Shown: piece by piece, positions 8,589 through 15,346 of the stretch
Position numbering within the stretch: position 1 is the stretch's first letter
Layout: each line of letters starts with the position of its first letter
Assembly: GCA_016901395.1 (NCBI GenBank)
Contig: JAEAMQ010000051.1
Coordinates: 40,614-104,613, forward strand
Length of the DNA: 64,000 nt
Direction of reading: 5' to 3'
From: Prevotella sp.
Lineage (GTDB): Bacteria; Bacteroidota; Bacteroidia; Bacteroidales; Bacteroidaceae
Notes under the pieces: generated by a model
The model's database searches: none
What the model was told of the DNA's origin: nothing
What the model saw: the letters and a program-made list of their open reading frames with translations, nothing else
Program-made: the position numbers and the translations under genes

Positions 8589-9614
8589 TTACACATGTCT
8601 ATCCCGCCCGATCCACTTGTTCACGCGGCGACGAAGGGCCTTGGTGATGGCGCCGAAGTTTCCATACCGCAGGTTCAGCGCCAACTCTTCCATCGACCGC
8701 GCGACCTTGATGCCCGGGTGTCCCCACGCATTCGTCTTATAGAGGAAATCCTTATACGCCATGTTTTCAATGACATACTTCGGGTGTTTCAGCGGAAACG
8801 CCATCTCGTAACGCTTCATCTGGAAGATGCGGCGGTAGGCACGGGGCGTAGTTTTCATGCTGCCGGAGAAGTGAGTGGAGTCTTCCGACAGGCCGAGATT
8901 GTTGATTTGGTTCTGTCGGGGCATAATGGCGAGGCCCGAATTGAGCAACTGCACAGACCAGAACACGCTTTCAAAATACGGTTTTCCATTGGCACGGTGG
9001 TCGTGAAGCATCTTCATGAAGTCAGAACGATAGCGTCTTTCCTTCACCACCCGGTCCAGCAGACGCATGTTGTAGTCATCATCCATGAAACCATAGCTGC
9101 CGTCCCACTGGTCCACCACACGCTTCCACGAAGCCCATCCCCATATACTGAATGCGGAAGTAAAGAAGTAATCATCGGGCACATCGGTGCTTTGCTCCTC
9201 CACATTAAAGCCCGCAACCATCGTTATCCGGTTGTCGTGCTCATATCGGTCGAGCATCTCCTTGCAGAAAGGGAAGAACGACTGCGCGGGCACCACGTCG
9301 TCTTCGAGCACCATACACTTGTCGGCCATCGAGAAAGCCCACTTCTGCGAGAGGTAGCCGGAGGGGTCGCAGCCCTGGTTTTGCTCACAATAGTGGCGAT
9401 GAACCTCACATTCCCAGTCGATGTTTTCGTCTGAGACGATCTGTCGGCAGGCCTCGATGCCAGGCATGTCGCGCTCGCCCCGCGGTCCGTCCTGATAGAG
9501 AAACAGTCGCGACGGGCGTGCCTTCCTCACCTCGTTGAACACCTGTTCAAAGTGGTCTGGGCGGTTGAAGAACAGCATCAACACCGCAATATCTGTCTTG
9601 TAGGGTTGTTTCAT
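8589..9614 (-). CDS. GT-A fold glycosyltransferase (GNT-I/GT13-like)
   Basis: IAVLMLFFNRPDHFEQVFNEV...LFLYQDGPR and the acidic motif VLEDDVV resemble GNT-I-like transferases. ATG at 9614. Confidence 0.55.
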   Translation of the reverse strand: MKQPYKTDIAVLMLFFNRPDHFEQVFNEVRKARPSRLFLYQDGPRGERDMPGIEACRQIVSDENIDWECEVHRHYCEQNQGCDPSGYLSQKWAFSMADKCMVLEDDVVPAQSFFPFCKEMLDRYEHDNRITMVAGFNVEEQSTDVPDDYFFTSAFSIWGWASWKRVVDQWDGSYGFMDDDYNMRLLDRVVKERRYRSDFMKMLHDHRANGKPYFESVFWSVQLLNSGLAIMPRQNQINNLGLSEDSTHFSGSMKTTPRAYRRIFQMKRYEMAFPLKHPKYVIENMAYKDFLYKTNAWGHPGIKVARSMEELALNLRYGNFGAITKALRRRVNKWIGRDRHV

Positions 9615-9652
9615 GAGTGTAATTTAACTTAAATACCTTACCAAAAATGACA

Positions 9653-9940
9653 TTACCTTAAATAAAAATGATGGAAAGCCTGCTCCGTATTCACTACATC
9701 CATCATGCGAAGACGGCCGTCTGCAGACTGCATCTTCAACCGGTTACAATTTGTAACCGTTTGATTTCCCTCCTTCTTCAGTCTGTTTTTCAACACCTTC
9801 CAATAGTTTCTGGGGTCCTTACTCTCCGTCAGCGCACCACAGATATCCACGACAGAGAAGAGCCATTCTTCTTTCTCGTCATCCCATGCAGTGCGAATCC
9901 GGCTACTTCCAAACAGTTTCAGGGCTTCTTGTTTTGTCAT
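9653..9940 (-). CDS. Bro-N/antirepressor-like DNA-binding domain protein, probably a truncated remnant
   Basis: A 95-aa protein. IRTAWDDEKEEWLFSVVDICGALTES..PRNYWKVLKNRLKKEGNQ resembles the N-terminal domains of longer phage-derived Bro/RhuM-type proteins (from memory). The surrounding sequence is AT-rich. Confidence 0.4.
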   Translation of the reverse strand: MTKQEALKLFGSSRIRTAWDDEKEEWLFSVVDICGALTESKDPRNYWKVLKNRLKKEGNQTVTNCNRLKMQSADGRLRMMDVVNTEQAFHHFYLR

Positions 9941-9963
9941 AAGGTATATACATTATTTATTTG

Positions 9964-9971
9964 CAAAGATA
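9964..9971 (-). promoter_or_regulatory. -7 box TATCTTTG (minus strand) upstream of the Bro-N-like gene
   Basis: The reverse complement of CAAAGATA matches TAnnTTTG, about 24 nt upstream of the ATG at 9940. Confidence 0.5.
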
Positions 9972-10126
9972 AAAGAATTGTGCGAGAATACATGCTGAAA
10001 AGCCATGTTTTTGTGGCTTAAAGTCAGTACATGACTACCGAATGAAGGGAATTGACAAAACAAGGAACTCTTGGGACACTGCAAACAAATCAAGGCATTA
10101 GGCTTTTCGCATTGGCAAATAATTCG

Positions 10127-10134
10127 TACTTTTG
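10127..10134 (+). promoter_or_regulatory. -7 box TACTTTTG for paralog 3
   Basis: Matches TAnnTTTG, 40 nt upstream of the ATG at 10174. Confidence 0.55.
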
Positions 10135-10173
10135 CAACATGAACAATAGATTTGACGCAGAATTGATGAAGTA

Positions 10174-11523
10174 ATGAACAATCCGTTGAAGATATTCTGT
10201 ATTAGAAAAGAGGAGAAATGGCTCGCCATCGTGACCCTTCTGGTGTTTGTCGCACTGAATGCCGTGATGATCGGCAGTCATTGGGCAGCCTATACCGAAG
10301 GTCAGGCGGGTGGATTCTGGACGGTTTTCACCCACCGTTTCAGCATGTCGGGGTACGATTGCTGGTCGTGGATCACCGTATCGGGCATGCGCATCCACTT
10401 TGAGACCATCCGCCATCCGCTTTATCTCACCTTCCTCTACCCCATGTACTTGCTCAATCACTGGCTTATGGGGTGGACAGATGTAAACTTTGCCGTGTTC
10501 ATGATAGCCGCGGTGCTGATATTCTCGGCCATTTACTCGGCGATATTCATGTATCGCACCTTCCGCGAAATACTTCTTTTGGAACACCGTCACGCCCTGT
10601 TGCTGGTGGCATTGCTGTTTTCCTTTGGTCACGTGATGATACCACCGATGGTTCCCGACCATTTTGCCATCTCCATGATGCTGCTCACCATGACGCTCTA
10701 TATTGCCGGACGACGCATGCAGAAAGGCCGAACGCTGAAGGCATGGCAGTCGATGGTGCTGCTGTTTTTTACCTCGGGCATTGCCGCTTCCAATGGCGCG
10801 AAGACGCTGTTGAGTGCGCTTTTTGTCAACGGGAAGCGTTTTTTCCGACCCGGTTACCTGTTTGTCGGAGCCGTATTGCCCCTTGTTGCGCTACTCGCCA
10901 TACAACGATACCAGTACGAAAGCTTTGAGGTGCCACAGCAAAAAGCCATCGAAAAGATTGAGAAAGCTAACGCCAAGAAGCGCGACAAGAAGAAAATCGC
11001 AGCCACAGAGAACCACAACCAATGGGTGAAGAAGCACGACATGAAGCGTGCCGCCCACGAAGGACTGCTGCAGTTGATGGACTTTAAGACTCCCCGCACA
11101 CCCGCCATCATCGAGGATTTCTTTGGCGAGTCGATTCTGTTGCACCGCGATCACGCCCTCGGCGACGTGTATGTAGACCGCCCTTCGATGATTTATTACC
11201 ACGCATGGTGGTACTATGCCATCGAAGCAATATTCGTTTTGCTCTTTGTCTACGGTGTTTGGCTGGGCCGAAAGCATCATTTGATGCAGATGATGCTGTG
11301 CTGGTTTGCCTTCGATGTGACCCTTAACCTCATCCTTGGATTTGCCATTAACGAGGTGTATATTATGGCTTCGGGATGGATTTTCATCATTCCCATTGCC
11401 ATAGGATATATCATCAAGGCCCTGCCCAAGGCTTATCTTTTCCCTCTGGAAGCCCTGTTGCTGTTCCTCGCACTATTCCTTTGGGTCAACAACGCAACGC
11501 TTATCGTCAACCATTTAATTTAA
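10174..11523 (+). CDS. Uncharacterised polytopic membrane protein, paralog 3
   Basis: Motifs MNNPLKIFCIRKEEKW, FSMSGYD, RHPLY, VPDHF, EDFFGESILLH and NEVYIM match paralogs 1 and 2. It carries a Lys-rich insert of about 55 aa. Confidence 0.8.
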   Translation: MNNPLKIFCIRKEEKWLAIVTLLVFVALNAVMIGSHWAAYTEGQAGGFWTVFTHRFSMSGYDCWSWITVSGMRIHFETIRHPLYLTFLYPMYLLNHWLMGWTDVNFAVFMIAAVLIFSAIYSAIFMYRTFREILLLEHRHALLLVALLFSFGHVMIPPMVPDHFAISMMLLTMTLYIAGRRMQKGRTLKAWQSMVLLFFTSGIAASNGAKTLLSALFVNGKRFFRPGYLFVGAVLPLVALLAIQRYQYESFEVPQQKAIEKIEKANAKKRDKKKIAATENHNQWVKKHDMKRAAHEGLLQLMDFKTPRTPAIIEDFFGESILLHRDHALGDVYVDRPSMIYYHAWWYYAIEAIFVLLFVYGVWLGRKHHLMQMMLCWFAFDVTLNLILGFAINEVYIMASGWIFIIPIAIGYIIKALPKAYLFPLEALLLFLALFLWVNNATLIVNHLI

Positions 11524-11529
11524 ACAGTG

Positions 11530-12360
11530 ATGAACTTCAGCGACAATCTCAGGACATTCAGCCAGTCAAACCTGCGCGAATGCCAGCTCAAGCAACTGCA
11601 AATCCTACAGGAAATCGACCGGATTTGCCAGAAACACCACATCGAATACTGGCTCGACGGGGGCACGTTACTGGGTGCTGTGCGTCACGGTGGGTTCATT
11701 CCGTGGGACGACGACATCGACATCGCCATGCGATTGGAGGACGAACGCCGCTTCGAAGCTATCGCACCGCAGGAACTTCCGGACTGGCTCTTTCTGCAAA
11801 CCACACACTCTGACCCCAATTCCAAGGAGCCAATCACGAAGATTAGGGACATTACCTCGCTCTATATCGAACGTGGCGACAACTTCCAAACGGACTATGT
11901 GAAGGGTATTTTCGTGGATATCTTCCCGTTTGTAGACTATCCTGACATCTCCAGAAAGTGGATTAAGCGACTCACCAGAGGCATTTCCAAGAGCCATTCG
12001 ATACTCCATCATACCCACTATTACAGCCTGCGGGCCTTCGCAGAGTTCTTCTATTTCGGGGCGAAATACGCCTTATGCAGTGCGGTCTGGGCCGTAGTCT
12101 CACGACTGGGAAAGAAAACCCGCGTCTCCGATGTGCCCTATCTCAATGGCCGGGGAATCTCTTTCGACAAGCAAGCCGTATGGCCTTTGGGCACTATTCG
12201 GTTCGAAGGCTGCGAATTTCCGGCCCCGTGCAATCCCGATTCCTATCTCCACGACCTCTATGGAGACTATATGACGCTGCCGCCAGAGGACAAAAGGGAG
12301 TTCCATTCGGTAGTCATCTTGCCTCAATTATTTACCAAAAACACGGAGAAAGAGCAATAA
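11530..12360 (+). CDS. licD: LicD family phosphotransferase (phosphocholine/ribitol-phosphate transferase family)
   Basis: LQEIDRICQKHHIEYWLDGGTLLGAVRHGGFIPWDDDIDIAM is a classic LicD N-terminal signature. The start may be GTG 11527 or ATG 11530. Confidence 0.85.
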   Translation: MNFSDNLRTFSQSNLRECQLKQLQILQEIDRICQKHHIEYWLDGGTLLGAVRHGGFIPWDDDIDIAMRLEDERRFEAIAPQELPDWLFLQTTHSDPNSKEPITKIRDITSLYIERGDNFQTDYVKGIFVDIFPFVDYPDISRKWIKRLTRGISKSHSILHHTHYYSLRAFAEFFYFGAKYALCSAVWAVVSRLGKKTRVSDVPYLNGRGISFDKQAVWPLGTIRFEGCEFPAPCNPDSYLHDLYGDYMTLPPEDKREFHSVVILPQLFTKNTEKEQ

Positions 12361-12536
12361 TCCTACCTCAAATGATTGCAAAAAACACAGGAAAAGAGCA
12401 ATAATCCTACCTCAAATGATTGCAGAAAACACAGGAAAAGAGCAATAATCCTACCTCAAATGGTGGCAAAGAATACGGAAAAAGAGCAATAATCCCACTT
12501 TAATTGATTGCAAAAAACACAGGAAAAGAGCAAAAA
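12317..12536 (+). repeat. Tandem repeat of five 44-bp units; unit 0 is the last 14 codons plus stop of licD
   Basis: AGAGCA recurs at 12351, 12395, 12439, 12483 and 12527, an exact 44-bp period. Units 1-3 retain an open LPQM(I/V)AKNT(G/E)KEQ-TAA reading in the unit-0 register. Confidence 0.9.
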
Positions 12537-12550
12537 TCCTGACGACAAAA

Positions 12551-12591
12551 AACAGAAATCGTCCGACCACCATGGCCGAACGATTTCTGTT
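12551..12591. terminator. Bidirectional hairpin terminator between convergent licD and the SDR gene
   Basis: AACAGAAATCGT-17 nt-ACGATTTCTGTT is a 12-bp stem, preceded by an A-run and followed by TTT. Confidence 0.6.
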
Positions 12592-13623
12592 TTACAGCCT
12601 TACCGACTGCAGGATATGGCTTAATCCTTCTTCCAAACCAAACAAAGGCTTCCAGCCCAAGGCCTCCAACTTACGCGTGCTGAATACCGCACGGGTGATG
12701 GGTGTGGTGTTGCCGTGCGACGAATCGGCCGGAATATCGAACACAACCCGTCGTGAAGCCAACCTCGCCACGGTCTCGGCGAGGGTGCGAATCGATACGT
12801 TTGACTCCTCATTGGCGATGTTGTAGGCCTCGCCCGACGCCCCTTTCAACAACACGAAAAGCAGTGCAGACGCACAGTCTACGGCGTAAGTCCACGACCG
12901 AAACGCCTCTCCCGTGCTCTTCAACACAATGTCTTCGCCCCGCAACACGTTCCTGATGAACTGCGCATAGACCCTGTTATCGGACTCGGTGAACTGCGGA
13001 CCATACACATGAGAGGGCCTCACGATGCACACATCGAAACCGTATTGCGCACCGTAACAGATGCAGAGCGTCTCCGCCGCACGCTTGGCCGACGGATAAC
13101 AAGCCCTCACTGTCGTGGGGTTGACATAGCCACTGTAGTCCTCCGAGAACTCGCGGCCATCGCCTTCGCCATACACTTCGCCCGAGGAAACATAGACAAA
13201 CCGCTCCAATCCGTGCTTCACGCCATAGCGCAAGAGCCTATCCACACCCATGATATTGGCCTGCATCACCCCCACCGGGTCCGTTTGGTAAAGGCGGGGA
13301 TTGGCCCCTCCCGCCGCGTTGATGATGAAATGGAAGGTCGTTTCCGACGGAATCGGATCGGTAACATCAAACGGAAGGAAGTGGAAACGGCTGTCGTCAC
13401 GCTCCTTTTGAAACACTTTCTCGGCACGATCACGGTTTCTACCCGCCGCGCAGACCTGACAATCGAGGTCGCTCCGACGCAGCAACATCCTCACCACACA
13501 GCTCCCGATGAGTCCGGTGGCACCCGTCACGAGCACGTTTTTCCCCCTCAGGCTGTCCCAAGGCAGTTGGAAAGCCAGCGCGCGGGCCATGTCTTCCTCG
13601 TAGGGGGTCATCATTTCAGCCAT
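12592..13623 (-). CDS. NAD(P)-dependent SDR epimerase/dehydratase/reductase (candidate ribulose-5-P reductase of a CDP-ribitol pathway)
   Basis: Rossmann motif GKNVLVTGATGLIGSCVV. The track's 111-aa N-terminal extension is Arg/His-rich junk that overlaps the upstream gene. ATG at 13623 (or 13614, which makes an ATGA overlap with the upstream stop) fits. Confidence 0.75.
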   Translation of the reverse strand: MAEMMTPYEEDMARALAFQLPWDSLRGKNVLVTGATGLIGSCVVRMLLRRSDLDCQVCAAGRNRDRAEKVFQKERDDSRFHFLPFDVTDPIPSETTFHFIINAAGGANPRLYQTDPVGVMQANIMGVDRLLRYGVKHGLERFVYVSSGEVYGEGDGREFSEDYSGYVNPTTVRACYPSAKRAAETLCICYGAQYGFDVCIVRPSHVYGPQFTESDNRVYAQFIRNVLRGEDIVLKSTGEAFRSWTYAVDCASALLFVLLKGASGEAYNIANEESNVSIRTLAETVARLASRRVVFDIPADSSHGNTTPITRAVFSTRKLEALGWKPLFGLEEGLSHILQSVRL

Positions 13624-14330
13624 TGCTCCTGTTCGGTGTGAATGAGTGCTTTGAACAGATCGATGTCCTCGGTCTGCGTCAGTTTCAGTCCGTTTCGCTC
13701 CGAACCCATCACCAGATGCTGGTCTTCCACGCCCAGTTCGGCCATCAACGTACACGATGCCACGGTGCCGTCGATGCCCCGCCGGTCGGCTTCGGCATGC
13801 GTGTCGAGCAGCGTTTTCAGCCTGTAAGTATGCGGCGTCTGCGTCCTGATGAGCTTTTCGCGGGGAATGGCGATATTCCTTACCTGGTCGTCCACCTTCT
13901 GCATGATGGCCTCTTTGCACACCAAACCGGTGACGGCATAACCGAATTTCTGGCATTTCTCGATGTTCTCGGAGATAATCCGCTCGCTCACCAAGGGCCT
14001 TACTCCATCGTGTACGAGGATGATGTCATCGTCCTTGCACCCCGACGCGCGCAGTCCCACGAGTCCGTTGCGTATGGAATGCTGGTTGCTGTCGCCCCCC
14101 TCGAAAATCCATTTCAGTTTCGTGATGTTGTATTGATTGGCATACGCCTGCAACACCACGTCCCATCCTTTCAGACAAACCACACAAATGCCGTCTATCT
14201 GCGGATGCGACTGGAAAGCCTGCATGGTATAGATGATCACCGGCTTGTTGTCGATCGTCATAAATTGCTTGGGGATATCCTGCCCCATTCGGTTGCCGAT
14301 GCCCCCGGCTGTCAGTAATGCGATGTTCAT
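13611..14330 (-). CDS. IspD/TarI family cytidylyltransferase (D-ribitol-5-phosphate cytidylyltransferase-like)
   Basis: MNIALLTAGGIGNRMG..IPKQF is the IspD/TarI signature. The size is 239 aa and the gene is adjacent to an SDR. Confidence 0.8.
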   Translation of the reverse strand: MNIALLTAGGIGNRMGQDIPKQFMTIDNKPVIIYTMQAFQSHPQIDGICVVCLKGWDVVLQAYANQYNITKLKWIFEGGDSNQHSIRNGLVGLRASGCKDDDIILVHDGVRPLVSERIISENIEKCQKFGYAVTGLVCKEAIMQKVDDQVRNIAIPREKLIRTQTPHTYRLKTLLDTHAEADRRGIDGTVASCTLMAELGVEDQHLVMGSERNGLKLTQTEDIDLFKALIHTEQEQWLK

Positions 14331-14337
14331 ATTAGGT

Positions 14338-15288
14338 TCAGATTAAATCGTATTGAATATTGTCGTATGCAAAGATAAAGGGGTAGAAAAATCCCCGAAT
14401 CATTCCTTTCAGTCCGCCCTGTCCGCCATTGGGATAAATCTTCCTGCGGTGTTTCATGCACAACCAGCACAGTTGGAGCAGGGCCAATGGACTTCGGCTG
14501 AGCATCAGTCCGGCCATGCGGTGGGCCGTCTGCAGCTCGGGGCGGCGCGTACCCTCATATATAATGTGGTACAATCGCTGCCAATTCTCCGTGAGTTGCA
14601 ATCTGCGGTAGTTGCCCCACCCCTGCAAATAAGGCTCGTAGGTGGGCTTGGGCTTGTTGTGTTTGCCAAACATCTTCATCTCGTTGGCACAGGCCGAGTC
14701 GTCGTTCATGCGGTGCCAGTTGAGCGGTTCTTCCACACGCACGATGCCGCGCCCCATCTGCGCGCAGATGCCGAGGCTCCAATCGTAGTGGATATGGGGT
14801 ATCCAGTTGCGCTCATCCTGTATGAAATCGCAGCGCAGGAGCATGGTATGTCCGGCAAATCCGCTGAAAAGCAGAGCCTCAAGTGCATATTGCGGACTGA
14901 CGATGTGGGCGTGTTCCGGATCGCTGCCACGCGTATGGGTCGAGAAACAGATGTCGTGCTGCCCGATGGCCTCTACCTGACGGGATATCTTCTGGGCAAA
15001 CCACACATCGTCCTGGTCACTGATGGCCACCAGATCGCCCGTGGCACGCATCGCCGCCGACTTGAAATTGAGGTTGAAACCGAGGTTTTTCTCATTGCGA
15101 TGGAAGCTCACCTGCGGAAACCTCTCCGCGTAGTCGCGGCAGATGTCCACCGTAGCGTCGGTCGAACCATCGTCTTGCAGTATCAGCTCAGACACCGGAT
15201 AGGTCTGCGCGAGGATAGAGTCTATCTGCTCGCGGAGATATTTTTCGCCGTTGTAGGTGCAAAGAATCACGGAAACCTTGGGTGTCAT
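14338..15288 (-). CDS. Glycosyltransferase family 2
   Basis: VSVILCTYNGEKYLREQIDSILAQTY...LQDDGSTD. The track start at 15297 is TTG; ATG at 15288 gives MTPKVSVIL. Confidence 0.85.
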   Translation of the reverse strand: MTPKVSVILCTYNGEKYLREQIDSILAQTYPVSELILQDDGSTDATVDICRDYAERFPQVSFHRNEKNLGFNLNFKSAAMRATGDLVAISDQDDVWFAQKISRQVEAIGQHDICFSTHTRGSDPEHAHIVSPQYALEALLFSGFAGHTMLLRCDFIQDERNWIPHIHYDWSLGICAQMGRGIVRVEEPLNWHRMNDDSACANEMKMFGKHNKPKPTYEPYLQGWGNYRRLQLTENWQRLYHIIYEGTRRPELQTAHRMAGLMLSRSPLALLQLCWLCMKHRRKIYPNGGQGGLKGMIRGFFYPFIFAYDNIQYDLI

Positions 15289-15346
15289 ACGCTTCAAAAT
15301 CTATGGTTTGATGCCGGCCGCAGTCGCTCTGTGGCCCGCCGGCAAC

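Noticed and set aside
8262-8647. ORFs 8262-8531 and 8339-8647 (89 and 102 aa) inside the 110-bp repeat.
   Set aside because: Their sequences are just the repeat translated in shifting frames (the period is not divisible by 3). They have no start context and no homology signal.
12592-13956. Over-extended track ORFs. Examples are the 111-aa N-terminal extension of the SDR, the 28 extra residues on glnN copy 1 (to 19884), the 21 extra on DUF4290 (to 34161), the 28 extra on tsaB (to 35117) and the 45 extra on DUF2264 (to 59038).
   Set aside because: The extensions start at TTG/GTG codons and overlap upstream genes or repeat elements. Their composition is junk (Arg/His-rich or repeat-derived). 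In-frame ATGs give N-termini that match paralogs, signal peptides or family consensus.
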